The translations under genes and the position numbers were made by a program. A DNA stretch of 63,139 nt, counting the filler, from Choristocarpus tenellus KU-1152 (taxonomy: Eukaryota; Protista; Phaeophyceae): the NCBI GenBank assembly GCA_964200185.2. It is 15 parts of 15 records of this genome, joined end to end, with 100 filler letters (N's around TTAATTAATTAA, not from the genome) between each part and the next. Parts side by side here need not be neighbours in the genome. Positions count along the whole stretch, not along the records: positions 1 to 3,922 come from CAXNAD020017125.1; positions 4,023 to 7,504 come from CAXNAD020019737.1; positions 7,605 to 10,436 come from CAXNAD020024353.1; positions 10,537 to 15,633 come from CAXNAD020011891.1; 11 more parts are not named here. One strand, 5' to 3'. Within the stretch, counting starts at the first letter, position 1; each line of letters starts with the position of its first letter. The notes below the pieces were generated by a model, which was not told the DNA's origin, made no database searches, and saw nothing but the letters and a program-made list of their open reading frames with translations. Positions 1 to 13,745 of this stretch are shown here, piece by piece.

Positions 1-22
1 CCCCCGCCAGATACTTTGACCC
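1..22 (+). mobile_element. Right terminus of MITE family A (CCAGATACTTTGACCC), truncated by contig start
   Basis: Same terminus as 15766-15781 and the reverse complement at 19872. Confidence 0.7.
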
Positions 23-1511
23 ACTATCCCATCGTAGTAAGCTTGATGAGCACTTTGAAACATGTGTAGAGGTTCACTATTGAGTCAATAGAGCGCTACT
101 CAGCAATACAAACCACGGTAGTTTTTATCGGGAGACAAACGCCAAACATCTCATCCCTGAAAGTCCTGTGTCAGAGTCACCTGCAAATTGATGTAACGGC
201 AGGAAAGTATGAGGAGAAGTGGTTAATACCTGCCTGAATATATTCCACACCAGGGAAGGGAACTATAACCAATTCATCAACGGCTAGCAGGCCTATATTT
301 TGACAACACACTGGAAATTGCTGCCTGCCATATGCTGGTGGGTGGATGGGTCAGTGTAAGGTGTACCCCCGTTGGTGTGAGCTAAATAAATGCTTCACTT
401 TTTTAATTCTGTCGCGATGTGCCATCGACTCCGGCGTTCTAACATTTTATTTTTTCTTGTGTATTTTTTTTTTTAACCACCTGCACAAAATAGTGTGAAC
501 AGTTTCTTGCCCTATCATGGCGTATCACCATTCCAAATCAGATCCTTCTTCTCACTCTGGTGAAATCAGACGGAGGTGGATGCAGGAAGTGAAGAGAGTC
601 ACCGACCAATCTTGGAGTCTTGTCAGTTATTCGTTGAGGAAGCGAGCCGTTGCAGCAGAGGTGTCTTTTCTATGGGGGTGGAAGGCGTGACCATTTTCCA
701 CTGATGTGCAATATTGGTTGCGTATTTTACTCAAGGGGAAAAGAGAGGAATTTAGAAAAAGAAAAATGAAGATATGGATGTTCTCATTGTATTAAAAATA
801 GACAAAACAAGGGTGTACCTGGTCACTCCTACAGAGCAGAAACAGTGTACACAAGGGGCAAGCAAGCCTGGCTTTCTGCCTTTTTAATTCTGACCGTCCT
901 TGGGGTGTGTTCTTCAATCTGTTGAGGCATTTTTGTCTATATCTATTGAACCAGGTGTGCAGCCCTCATGGACCCTACAGCTACACCACACCCTCTCACA
1001 ATATATCAGACTACTGTACTGATACGTGACTTGACTATGGCTTGGTGACCCACATGCACTACTGACATATTTTGTGCTTGTGAAATTAACAGGGTTCCAT
1101 AGGGTTAGGGCCAAAAGAAAGCAGATATTTTCGTTCCCTGCAAACATCCCCCCCCCCTCCCTCCCCCACCTCCCCTCCAAACAAACAAAACGTTATGTTC
1201 ATGTTCACTTACCATACCCAACACCACAGACAGGCTACATAGATGTAAAGATGGCAAACTCTAAATATAGGGTACACTTGGATGTCGGCTAATGGCATTA
1301 CCACACCTCAGGATTGACTTCTGTCTTACAGTGTGTCCACATCATGGAGGGAGGCGGTATGACCCAGGACAAAGTCATATACCACACCAAGTGCATATTC
1401 CAATCGCTTGAGTAATCATACATATTTGCTCCAGACCAAACCTTAGCATCAAACCAAAAATAAAGGGTCTCCGTCCCAGTTCATCCAACAATCAATGCTG
1501 AAGGTCGTGTC

Positions 1512-1633
1512 CTATGAGGCTTGCTTGCTGGTGAAATCACTGGGCATAGAGGATGTGTCAACGACCACTGCCTGTCCCTTCCCATCAACCTTCCGATAGA
1601 AAGGTCCGTTTGGCATAGGGTCAAGGACCAGTC
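1512..1633 (-). CDS. Possible terminal exon (GLVLDPMPNGPFYRKVDGKGQAVVVDTSSMPSDFTSKQAS*), perhaps of the gene at 2639-3541
   Basis: AG acceptor and an open frame to TAG. Joining it to the 2639 exon would need a phase-changing exon that I did not find. Confidence 0.35.
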
Positions 1634-1770
1634 CTACATACTCCCCATTGTAAGTTGCCTGAGTAAGACAAAAAAAAAATTAAGAGATAGGGTTAGGGAT
1701 GACACAAGCGTCAGAGTATATACGTACAATATGGTGGAAGAGTTGGTGCTCGATGCCTGAGCAAAAAAAT

Positions 1771-1840
<70 letters not shown>

Positions 1841-2638
1841 CTTATCGACAATTGAAAATCCTACTGGAAGGCGTTTTTCGGCATCACAGCATGAACAGAA
1901 TCAAACCATTCATGTTCCTCATCCAACTACACATCCATCCGCAAGGAGGGGAATTGTCTGCCACTGTGCGCAAGCCTGCCCTGCACCGAAAAGCCCAAGG
2001 GACACAAATCCAAAAGCCAAGCAAGAGAAGCACTTACAAAAAATTGTCTACAGGGATGGTTCAATGATCAAGTCAACGGAGCACTCCCTGCAAGTCCCAA
2101 AGACTGCATGGTCCCCACTCGCTCAGAAGCGATGTGTTTTCTGCAGTGCCGTTCTTCATGAGCCACTGACCAATTAGCACCTTGGCACAACACTGAACTA
2201 TGCTATACACTGTTACCCTTTACCATTGGTTGCCAAACCTTACAGTTTGCCTCCGAAAAGAACGACTGTCATGCAGGGATTGATTAACGTCTCTTCCCAC
2301 CCGTCACAATCTCCAAGACATAACCCTACTCTCATCACCTAATAGCCTCAACCATGCATCCACTTTAGGAGAGAAGAGAGCAATGACAAGGGTACTACGG
2401 CAGTAAGTTAGCATAAACACCTTGAAGCAAAAGCGGTCTATCAACATAGCGTGTGAAAAAGCTAAAACATTGCGTCAAAATGGAGATAAGCACAAAATCA
2501 TAATGAGGTCTGAAGTATGGAGTGGAAACATGCCACTTCATGCAAGAAGTGCATCCCAAGTTTCATGCATACACAGGTTGGGGGCTGAGAAAGAATACCT
2601 TGTCCTGATCCAAAACTTCACCTCCACCCGGCACTTGC

Positions 2639-3541
2639 CTTGCAGATGATTACCTCGCCTCCCTCCTCCACAGAGTAGCCAGCTTCTAGATTTATCCTCG
2701 CTTCGGGAAGTGATAAATCCTCATGCAGCTGTTGTGCATGAGACAGAATCAGACGTTTCTGTCCCTGTACTGCCACAGCGACATTGCCCTCGCTAGCAGC
2801 CACCTGCACCGACAAAACCACAGTGTTGTCATAAAAAAATTACCACACTCGAGTGAGGGATGACAACCAGAACCTTACACCAATTTTGGGGATATCATTG
2901 ATAAAACAATCCTAGAGGATGGATCCCACAATCACGTGCTACTGTGTTTAGGTACGAGAGAGTTATGTACTTGTGGCGGGGGGCAACCATCATGCTCCGG
3001 AAAATGTGTCTTGTCGATGGTTAGTATTGATCTTCTGTAATCTCTGGATGTGTCCTCATTGGCAGTTACACTATGTAATTGTTGAGACAGGAAACCAGCA
3101 AGAAGTGAATCAGGTGAGCAAGATGTGTTAACTTTGGAGCAGTCGAGGTTCAACTTGACAATAAAGAGATTGCTCTGGCAACTGGGCTTTACTAGGTCTT
3201 CTCCTGTGTTTAAAATATGATGAGAGGGAGAAGGAACAGTGCCACCTAAAAGTAGGGTAACGCGACTAAATTAGGCCCTTCCTCGCATAAGTGCAGAAAC
3301 CATTGTGAACGATAGAAATGTGCTAATTGGCGTAAGTCATCCTTACCTGACCGACAGGGTACCAAACGTCTGTTCCCTTAACCCGCGCATGTACTTGTGC
3401 CACCTTCCCGCCTTCCCTCTGGATATCGCGGAAAGCCTTTCCTTGCTTTCGGTATGCTGCAAGACCTGATCCAATTTTATCTATCTTCTTCTTTTCCTTC
3501 GGCGCACCAAACCCAGCCATCATCTTGACCGCCGATGAGGT
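2639..3541 (-). CDS. Two exons (3347-3541, 2639-2803) of an uncharacterised algal protein, possibly plastid-targeted and possibly HHL1-like
   Basis: Acceptor ttag|acc, donor cag|gtaag and acceptor tgcag|gtg give an in-phase join: ...MMAGFGAPKEKKK...VHARVKGTDVWYPVGQ|VAASEGNVAVAVQGQKRLILSHAQQLHEDL...LEAGY. The family assignment is from memory of motif style only. Confidence 0.65.
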
Positions 3542-3922
3542 CTAACGCAGAGCAACGAATTAGAGTTATGGACAATGATAGGGTTGGAATGGCATAGTGG
3601 GCAATGCAAGTAAGATGTAGGTGCGAAACGAGGTCTGCGTGTTCCTTCAGCCGTTCGCTTTTGGATGGGACTGTGCGTGGTGATATCATTACATGACCAT
3701 ACAAACATGTTCGCAAGAATTACAAGGTAACTCACGGATGAAAAGCAGCATCGACATGCAGAATTATGTATCAACCACAAACACTGTCTCCCCAGAGCTA
3801 TCTCGTTTATGGGTAAGAGGATAAATTCAGCAAATGGAGGGAGGGAGGACGAAAGACGGACTACCCACCACAACACCCCTGCTTCCACTCCTCTGCAACG
3901 AGCACGGACCCGTGAGTGGGGC

Positions 3923-4021
3923 NNNNNNNNNNNNNNNNNNNNNNNNNNNNNNNNNNNNNNNNNNNNTTAATTAATTAANNNNNNNNNNNNNNNNNNNNNN
4001 NNNNNNNNNNNNNNNNNNNNN
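3923..4021. other. Artificial contig spacer (N-run + TTAATTAATTAA + N-run); 14 such spacers split the window into 15 unlinked contigs
   Basis: The same six-frame-stop linker recurs at about 3923, 7505, 10437, 15634, 20302, 25403, 31448, 34727, 38326, 41188, 48640, 52148, 55598 and 58433. Confidence 0.97.
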
Positions 4022-4704
4022 NGGGGGGGGGAGATAAGCTTGTCGCCGATTACCTGCATGCCATCAGGGGTGGGAGTAACACAACACATGGTGTTGTGAG
4101 TATCGAAGAATGTCATCAGCATCACGTTTGGTCGCAAGGGATTCGCAACAAAGGGCTGACTTCCTGCTCAACAAGAATATATTTTAAAAAGCACAGGGCA
4201 AAAGCAGTATTGGAGCAAAACAGGGCTAATAATGGCAGTTGTGTGTGTGTGTGTGTGTGTGTGTGTTTGATGAAACCATACCTCAGGTTGCAACAATAAA
4301 TGCTGCCTACATATCATTGTTTCTTCTGCATCTAACCCCCAAAGCCCATCTGTTGCATTCTCAATCATGCATTTTGCACACACTTGACCTGACCTAAGCC
4401 CTTGTCGATCCCTCTTCTGCCCTTGTGATCTTTCCTGTACTAGTGCCTTGGCCCAGAACACTCACATGCATAACAGTACAATGCATAGAGCTGCAAGGCA
4501 CTAGTACTGCTAAAAAACAATTGCATCCAACAACCAACAAACATGCTTCAGAACAACCATGTAGATGCATGCAAAGTTAACACATTTTTAAACATCAGGT
4601 GGGGACTTCAGACTCTACAGTTTGATGACCAGACCACATGAAATGCAAAAATGTGGCTGACTAGACCATTTGAACATCTCTCCATCCACCAACCACTGAC
4701 TCAC

Positions 4705-7331
4705 CTGTCTCAAACGGGCGACAACTCTCCTCCAGCAATGACTCATCCACTGGACGTAACATAGTCATCAACAACTTCTCCCCCCACTCCGACCGGTGCT
4801 CAGGAAGAGGAGGCGTTTTAGCTGGAAACTCAACATCCTTTGGCTGGAGACTACAAGACTCAACCTCCCCTCCCCCTAACGAAGCCCCTGCTCCTACCCC
4901 CACCCCAGCCCTAGTCCCCGCCTCTAACACTGCAGCTGCTGCTCCAGCCTCCAATGCTGCAGCTGCAGCTCCAGATGCAGAGGTCTGTACACTAGGTGGG
5001 CGTTTCTCTGAGAGAGTAGTGGAGGAATTTTTCTCTGCCCCTGCTGCCCCTGCTCCTCCGGAAGCAGCAGGGAGGGCAGCGGTAGATGTACCCAGGGTGA
5101 CAGCTGCCACTGGGGGGAGGGGGCGTGCTGGGAGAGGGACAAGGGGTCCGGTTACCTTGGCCTATTACAACAATGCAGCAGGTGATGAGATGGAGAGGTT
5201 GGCCAGGGGGAATGGGGGAGGGTTGTAAGGCCTTCTGATATGATCTTAATGGTAGTTATGAGTATTGTGGGTAGATGGGGTGTGTGGATGATGAGGGTGT
5301 ATGGGGTAAGGGAGGGGTAATGTTGGTGTGGGCAAAGGAGCCTTCAGCATGAAAGGATGGAAGGCTGAGTGTGTCTAGCTTTCAAACCATAGTAGTCACC
5401 TGTTAAGAGAAAAGAAATACCCATAGCAGTTGAACACAGTAACACTTCAATTAACACTCCAAGACATTTTGACATCATATGAACGAGCAGAGTCCTTGCT
5501 GGTACTATCATAGCCTAACAAAAAAACAAGTGTCATGCTTCATCAAGAAAGCTCTACAAAGGTACAGGTGTACCCTCCCTTTCTGTCCCAATCCCCCCAA
5601 ATAGGGATCTCTTTTATGGGAATTGACAAGTTCACCCAATCAGCATGGATTGAACCTCCCACAACATGCCTTTGTTTTTATTTCTTCGCCCTGGTATTCA
5701 GCAAGAATGTTGCCGTACTCCCAAATACGCAAGTATTACAGTTGCAATTTTTCCCCCAACCCTCCTGTACACTTTTTTATTTTACTATTGTAAGATCACC
5801 TACTATTAATTAATGCTGAGTGCTTTGTGGAAAAAAATAACATTTCAATAACAACGCAACACAATTGCCCTGCAACATCCCCTAACCCTAATCTAAACCA
5901 TATCCCTATACTGGCATTGTTCAAAGTGCTAGTCCTAAGCACAGGGCTCAAGCCAATACCCCTACTCCTATCCTATTCCCAAAAGGTACTCTAGTAATAA
6001 TCTCCCTACATACACGGCACCCCCCTCTCCCTTTTCTGCCTGCATCTCTTTCTATATGCTATTCTCTCACCCCTGGCTCCTTCTGCTTGAGTGCAGCCAC
6101 CTCCTTTGCTGGACACGCCCCCCAGCGAACTGTCTTCAATGGAGGCTGCTGCGTAAACGATGTAGACGCCTTCGGGATGGAGTCAGGTGGCCCACAGAGC
6201 ACAACCTGTTGTTATTTTTCACAATACAAAGTTAAGTGTATAAACATTAATATATATTTTTTGACAGACTGAGATATTTCATTACAACTCAAGGGGAAAG
6301 TACAAACACTCTTGAAAAGAACGGATCGCCCGCCAGGGAGCAAGGGGTGATGGCACCCACACCCAGGTTAGATGAAGTCGAGGCACGAGCAAACAATTGG
6401 AACTTACAACAGACATGTAAGGAGTAGACATGTAAGGAATGGTGGAAGGTCTATTCTCCAAGATGAACTATAGTATCAACTACCATCTGAAAATTAAATC
6501 ATATACCTCAAGCCTGAGGTCAAACCCGAACATCAAAACAGGGTTAGGGTTAACTCAAAACACTAAACCTAAATGAAATCTTCCCCACTTGGGTTTGTGA
6601 ACCTGCACTTAAAACTATATTTACGCAATCAATTGAATCATGCATGTTGGACCAAACAGAATCAATAATTTGATTTCACAGCCCATTCAAAATTGTGCCC
6701 AACGGGACTAGCACACTGTGTAAAAATGACATAATTTCATACTGATATGACTACATACTTACATACTTCAAGTCAATGTCAACTGTGTGTGTGTCAACAA
6801 GATCAAACCAGAAGTGAAAAAAAAAAAGTTCCCTCCATACTTCAGCACAATGCCTCAGTTTCAAGGAACATGCAGTAGGTACAACCCGTACACCCTAAAG
6901 ACATTCCACCTATGGCTTCCCCCCTGAACACTAGCACGCCCAGGTGGAATCCACTGACCAAACAGCACTCAAAGTCACTCAGTCAATCCTGCATTTCATG
7001 CACACCCACTTGGCAGGACCCAAGCACATAATCACAACAAATCAGTCAGCGCTCAACAAACTTGTATCATAGTTACACCTCAACTGAAGCTTGACACTGT
7101 GTCCACAAACCAGCTCGATTCTCACCTCTGCAAATCCTAGCCCCAACCCTCCCAAACCTAACTCTAACGCTATCCCCACCACAAGCCTAAAGTCTGACTG
7201 ACCTGTGTGGTACGCAACGGGGGTCGGTCCTCCACCAAGACACTGACCCTCCCATTGAGAATAGCAGTGATCAATACCAGACCGCAGTTTGCAAGGTAAG
7301 CTCCCAAAAACTCAAACGCCATCAAAGACAT
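4705..7331 (-). CDS. Multi-exon gene of unknown function (exons about 7203-7331, 6071-6205, 4705-5161), continuing downstream
   Basis: Phase-compatible GT-AG junctions (cag|gtcagt, cag|gttgtg, ggg|gtgaga, tag|gccaag, cag|gtgagt) and open frames MSLMAFEFLGAYLANCGLV.../VVLCGPPDS.../AKVTGPL...WGEKLLMTMLRPVDESLLEESCRPFET. Confidence 0.6.
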
Positions 7332-7823
7332 CCGCACGTGATGCTTGTGACGGCGAATCTGTTGTGCTCATTCCAGCGGTGGGTTGATAGAAATATATAT
7401 TTTTTAAGCATTTTAAATGCACCCGCAGGAGTGGGGAGCGGGTGGGAGGGGGGGGGGGGGGAAAAGGGGAAGGGGGAAAAGGAAGAGGGGTTGTGGGGCT
7501 TGAGNNNNNNNNNNNNNNNNNNNNNNNNNNNNNNNNNNNNNNNNNNNNTTAATTAATTAANNNNNNNNNNNNNNNNNNNNNNNNNNNNNNNNNNNNNNNN
7601 NNNNACTGAAGAGACTCTGAGGTAGAAGGTATATGCAGTATTCTCTTTCCGTATGGCGAGGCAGGAGATGCGCATTAACACATAAACATCATTAAAAAAA
7701 AGCGCTCGTAATCCTTTCCATCCTATCCATGAAGCTTGCAAGGACCACCCATGGAGTATGTGGCGTACAGTTACATTCATGTTGTAGCGCGTCTTTGCGT
7801 CAATTCGATCTTTCGTCTTTTCA

Positions 7824-8218
7824 CAACCCTGCACACATCTGACGATTATTTAATTGTAACAACGAGTTAATCACGATCGTGGGTGTCGAAAAATAAACTG
7901 ACGATTGTTAGTCGCTTAGACGATTGATTTCCCAGCTCACCACGATTAATTAGTCGATTTCATAATTGATTTTCCAGCTCGCCACGATTAATTAGTCGAT
8001 TCCACGATTGATTTCCCAGCTCGCCACGATTATTTGATCGATTCCACGATTGATTTCCCAGCTCACCACAATTATTTAGTCGATTCTACGATTGATTTCC
8101 CAGGAACTCCACAATTATTAGTCGATTCTACGACTAATTCTTGAAACTCTCCAAGATTAGCTCAACGATTACGATTACCACGATTACTAGTCGTAGTCGT
8201 CAGACGTGTGCAATCCTA
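7824..8218. mobile_element. hAT-like MITE with an internal 37-38 bp tandem repeat rich in CGATT/AATCG
   Basis: Inverted ends tgcacacatctgacgatta / tagtcgtcagacgtgtgca. The unit cgattgatttcccagctcrccacgattaattagtcgattc is repeated about 5 times at 7921-8130. No clean 8-bp TSD. Confidence 0.6.
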
Positions 8219-8255
8219 CTTTAAAAATTCTCCCAATATTGTGCCATTTGGCATA

Positions 8256-8369
8256 TAGTCGGATGCCCGATTTTGTACCAAGTGGTACAAAATAGGATTT
8301 TTATCACAATAATTTTGTTCCTCTTTTTTCGGGCATGCCCGTGTGTGAACAAAATCGGGTAACCGACTG
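8256..8369. mobile_element. Tc1/mariner (pogo-type) MITE, TA-flanked
   Basis: TA|tagtcggatgcccgattttgtac ... gaacaaaatcgggtaaccgactg|TA, with imperfect TIRs of about 23 bp. Confidence 0.7.
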
Positions 8370-9673
8370 TACATGGTTGCCAGTTCCCTTTTATATGATA
8401 ATATTGATGATACTTATGAAGGGAATAATCCAAGTGAGAGATCCAGCATACTTGACGATTTGTGCATCAGGAGTCCCGTACACGTACATCATTGTCATCT
8501 CTAGGCTTGTGGATTGGAGGTATACACCCTGTGGAGGTAAGCTTCTGGAGCCTGCTGTAACATTATGTGGGAATGGAAATAAGGTAAGGAATAACATACG
8601 AACCAATACCAACCTTACTTGCTATCTATATAGACAAGTAACTTCTACAAAAACGTATAGGAAGTAATGCTTGTGTTGATACGGGGTAGACCCAGAATGA
8701 GAAATATTAAATACGAACACTTTAACAAAATATTTTTCTTCTTGTGCGGAAGTAGCATCTAATATGAAGACCGAAGAAAATGTCATATTTTCGTTTGTCA
8801 TTGGGATAAACTGGATACTCAATAGGTCACATCCGGACGAGCACATCAGTGCAACACATTTTGTTCATATGTGCAAGTGACCTTGGTTACAAAAATAGTG
8901 AAAGATATCCTGTATGTGCTTTCGATTAGTGTAGGATGGACACAGAAGAGGAACCTTAACTGCAAACCATTTAAGAAGTTTCTATTCAAATAAAATTCTG
9001 CATCTTCTATTACGAAAACAGTAGAATATTACATTTTTCATAACAAATGAATATTGGACAGGGGTTGAACAGGTCGTATTCATAACGAAACCTGTTCTAA
9101 AACATGTATCTTATTCGGCGTACAAGTGCCTTTGAATACGAAAATCGTTTTATATATCATGATCTAGTTTCTTAGAATCCCATATCGGGCGCAGAACTTC
9201 ATTTGTGTAGTTTAGAACAAAAACGCACAGGGAGGAATTCTACGTCGTTCCATCAACCAGCATGCAGATACATAGAAACGTTCACTCGAAAAGGCAGGCG
9301 AACCTCCATGTCGCATGATGTATCCCACACAAAACATGCTTCACTCCACCACATAGCTGTTGAGGTAGAGTCATCGAGTCGAGTGCATATTTTTTTTTAC
9401 GTACATTACAAAAATACTAGAACGAGAAAAATATATTGCTCGCTAAACTCCCATCTGACCTCCCCTACGCTCATTCACTCACCCAAGGAGCATTCAAGCA
9501 AGCCAGACAATAGAGCATTCGTCGCCGTTGTTCGTGAAGAGGACGATAAACACCACACCGCACATGTGGGATGGCCACCCGACAGCCACTATGGGATCTG
9601 ACCAACATGGAATGAGCTCGCGGACTCCACAGGTGTATGCCCTGCGACACCCCAAAGGTATGGTCAAGCCGTC

Positions 9674-9911
9674 ATCGCCATTACACATATGTCGATGTTG
9701 CCCATGCCCCTTTTAAACACGGCAAACAGGGATTAGCGCTTCCAGAACAAACAAACATTATTATCCCATGCCGTATGGTTCCCAACCCCATCGCCATTAC
9801 ACATACGTTGATGTTGCCCAGGCCCCTTGTAAATACGGCAATCAGGGATTACTGCAGTGCTTCCAGAACAAACGAACATTATTATCCCATGCCTTATGGT
9901 TCTCAACCCCC
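9674..9911 (+). repeat. Direct tandem duplication of about 118 bp
   Basis: catcgccattacacata...cccatgccgtatggttcccaacccc occurs twice with several substitutions. Confidence 0.85.
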
Positions 9912-10198
9912 ACCTTCAATTCCGAATTGGAGACACGTGGTATTCACCAGTGACGCCGCATTTCAGAGCTGTTCACGCACACGCCCTTCCTTCAAAAACA
10001 CGATGTAACCCCTTAATGAACAACATTAGATCCGATATATATGTAACCCCTTAACCTGACAAGTTCATGACTACACGTACATTTGTCTTTCGTCACAAAG
10101 TAACCCAATGCCATTTTTGATTCCTTTTGCCATACCACAAAAGACACCAATTTTTGTCGGTAATTACGCAAATATATTTGGAGGTACACTCTGATAAA

Positions 10199-10436
10199 GA
10201 GCCAAAGTATCTTAGAGGGTAGAGTCGTGTCCATTTGGGGACCAAAATCCAATGTTGCGATTTCGATGTAAATTTGGCCATCGTGTTGTTAGGAAGTGTC
10301 AATGTCCGTTGTTCCGAAGACTCATTTTCATAACGTATACATTTTGCCTACTCCGAGATATTTTGGAGTAGAAAAACGTCATAAAACCCCCGAAAGAAAC
10401 CAAGCCCCAAATGGACAAACAGGGAAAAACTCGTAC
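10199..10436 (-). mobile_element. MITE family B copy, truncated by contig end
   Basis: Begins gagccaaagtatcttagagggta and is the reverse-complement homologue of 14215-14472. Confidence 0.85.
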
Positions 10437-10637
10437 NNNNNNNNNNNNNNNNNNNNNNNNNNNNNNNNNNNNNNNNNNNNTTAATTAATTAANNNNNNNN
10501 NNNNNNNNNNNNNNNNNNNNNNNNNNNNNNNNNNNNCGGGCCGGGTGTCAATGATACCCCCGTCCTGGGGGCACCCTTTTGCAGGACATGGGCCCCACTT
10601 GCACCCCCCCCCCCCCTCCCCCAGTCCTTTCACTCAC

Positions 10638-12809
10638 ACCTGTCTAGTAGTGGATCTATCTCCTCCACCCCCCCCTCCTCCTCCTCCTCTTTCTCCTCCA
10701 TATCCGCCAGCCAAGCATCCACCACATCGCCTTCCTCCGGTGATCCATCTGCTGTTCCCCCCAGACCTTGACGGGACCAGGGGTTCTTAGACTGTGGCAT
10801 ATTCTTCACCCTACCACTTGACATGTGATGACGCTGGCCCCTCCCTCTCCCTCCTCCCACCTGTCGTCCTAAACCCCCCCCCCTCCCCCTTGACAGCACA
10901 CCCCTCCCTGCCCCAGATCGAGTCTTATGCTTCGAAGCCATAGAATCTTCCCCAACTAAGCCAGCAGCACTACCAATCCTATTCCTTGCCCTCTCTCCAG
11001 TCCCTTCATTTGACAGCCTCCCTGGCCCATGTCCTGACCCTTGATGGGGCAGTGACTCTCTATGTAGCCCCAGCCTTAGCCCTTCACCACTATTGGCCAA
11101 GGGATCACGCATTCCTCCTGACCTTGCCCCATGCTCATTCCACCCAGCTTGCTGCACAGAGTGGGGTGTCTGCGAAACAATCCCCATATTCCCACCCCCT
11201 TCCCTTTCAGCAAAGTCGCAGTCACTTAGTAACACCTCTTGCTCTTGTTGAGACTCAGCTGCCTGATCAAAATTTGATGCCCTTTCCAGTACCACACCGA
11301 ACTGATGCCTTGCCTCCTGATGACCCGTTGACTGTACCTCATTATCATGGGGATGCACCAGCACACTACTAACAGAAGACACTGGTGCTCCCTGTGCTGC
11401 AGGGAATGCAGTCATCCCTCTGCTTTGCCTACCTATCTTAGCACCAGCCTCCTCCCCGGAACTGGGCCATTCCCCCCCCCCAATTTTGCTGACCTTCACC
11501 TCTGCCGCTGGTTTTGAACCTGATACATATCCTGTGCCTGTACCCTCTGCCTCCAAATACACATCTACAGATTGACCCTCTTGAGATTCCCTCCTCTTCT
11601 CATCTCCATTCTCCCCTCCCCCCACTCTCTCTAGAACCCCATGCTGTCCCATATGCTGAAGGGATGGGTGTCCTAATTCAGCACAGGCCTTGGGCAAGGG
11701 AGGTTGAGGAGAAAGTGACCAGGTTGGCAATCGTGTTAATGTACACATACCGTTTTTAAAGGGCCGTCAGACTTGCTCGCAGACTTTAAATAATTGGCAT
11801 TTGTTCGACGCAACACGTAGCAGAGAATTGGTTAGTGGACCCTCTACCCCATTCAATGTGCAACAAAATGGGTATCGTCAGACGCCAGCTTGAGATCTGC
11901 TATTACATTACACACTTCCGAAGGCAACAAAGGGATTTCAGGAGATAGTGTGGCATGACCTCGCAGTATGGCTCACATCTCAAAAACACAAGGACTTACG
12001 CTTCGGATTGACCTTGTGGTGTCGAAGGGAGGATGGAGTAGAGTTGAGCTTCACCTCTTGTGAGGGTGGAACATACCAGTCAGGTACACGTGAGGTATAT
12101 ATCCTTGTGTACGTTTTACGAATGTCTAAGGATGTACGTAGAAGGGATTGTCTACGCAATCCCCGCCGAGGTTCCTCCCGTCCCCACACCATCAAAATAA
12201 AGTGCAAGCTCCTCTACTATGAAGTTGCCAGAGGTAGTTTAGCAGGTAATCGTTGGTGAAGGACAATGAAAGGCCATCTTCTCTTCCCTTATTCAATTTT
12301 GGAAGACAGTCCACACTTTAATGCTCATCCCAGATACGTGACGGGCCCACCTTGTGCTCAAGAGATTTTTGCAACCTTGACACCAACTCCGCCTTCCTCA
12401 GCTTTCCAGGGATCCCTCCAGCTGCCCTGTACCTCTCTTTGAGCTCCGTCACTCTAAGTTTCTCCAATGATAAAACATCAAACTCGAGATCACCACCCCC
12501 AGCTCCAATAGTAGTCCGCCCAACAGGCACCCTCGGTCTTCCCACGCAACTCTTTTCACGTTTGCCCTTTTCTCCAGCCAAGGTGATAACACATCTCACA
12601 CCACAGTGGTTGCATCTTGGCTGATCGTGCGGGCAAATAACCGGTGGAGGACCCACCCTGTGCCAGAATGCGGAGGACTGCGGCCGTGGGACTCTCGCGA
12701 AGGCTGAAGTTCTGACCGCATGGAGGCAACACGCTGTGAGAGACGACGCCACACCAGCCATGAGAAGCGCCGAACCTCGACGAGTACTTCGCCTGTTAGG
12801 GTGGTCCAT
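10638..12809 (-). CDS. 5' part of a SAP-domain protein with a plastid-targeting-like N-terminus (exons about 12351-12809 and 10638-11688)
   Basis: A hydrophobic segment is followed by TSAF (ASAFAP-like). SAP-like motif LEKLRVTELKERYRAAGGIPGKLRKAELVSRLQKSL. Phase-0 join aag|gtggg to cccaag|gcc, followed by a long G/E/R-rich exon. Confidence 0.7.
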
Positions 12810-13745
12810 TGTGTGTGGTATCAATGATAGGATGAAAGAGGGAAACTACACTTTGGATGAGAGCTTCACTCTTGGCCCATCATGCTTCTATTGCATGGAG
12901 GGGGTGGTCCACCATAGTGCTGAGACAGGATTTCAGAAAAGGTTGAGATTGACCATTGATACTACTAGTGTGACAATTTAAGGTAACGAACCGTGCGAAT
13001 TTTTTCCATGTAAGCGAGCAACTTACTAGGATATATTTGTCAATATATTTATCTACCGTTGTAGTCCCAATATATTTATTGGTTATACGTATTTAAAGTC
13101 GTTCAGAACATCAGTTAGTGAGGATGTGTACACTAAAATGATCTTCTCCCACACGACAAACAGGAACGCAGTGGCCGCACACCCCTCTGTGGCCTACCCA
13201 TTTTCTGCCATCTTTTTGTTTTCTTAAAAAGGAGCCAGTTCAAGTGAGCATTGCACATTTGGGTGAGGCCAAGCCAATAAGGCAGGGGTGGTACGTAAAG
13301 AATCTAGAGAGCAGCAAGGAGGAAATATTCACGTGCTGGTCTAGTGGATGAGGTTGATCAGAGACATAATTTGCAGCATAGTTGACACCATTTCCGGGCG
13401 AGTGAATTTCACTAGTCAAACACAACTAGAGCAGCATTTCACATCTCTCGCGGCACTTAAATTGCACACACACTATGCATGTCTGAAGGTATCTACATTA
13501 TTAAGCTATTCATTGTCTTTCATCAAAGCACGAAGTCGCGGGTCCAGTGTGGAATATTGCATCAACTTTTATTCAATCTCATTCCAAACAGAAAATACCA
13601 TGGTCTATAACCAATGTTGGTCAGGCACAAGAACAAAACTCAACTCCAAATCTTATCATTTTCCACTCACTCTGAAAACTCTAAAAAAGAAGATATGGTC
13701 ATTAATTGGCTACTGTTTTTTTGCTGGTGGTAGACTGGACCCATA

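Noticed and set aside
1699-2067. Poly-Gly and poly-Pro ORFs (also 29973-30360 and 31196-31495)
   Set aside because: They are translations of G/C homopolymer runs, not credible proteins.
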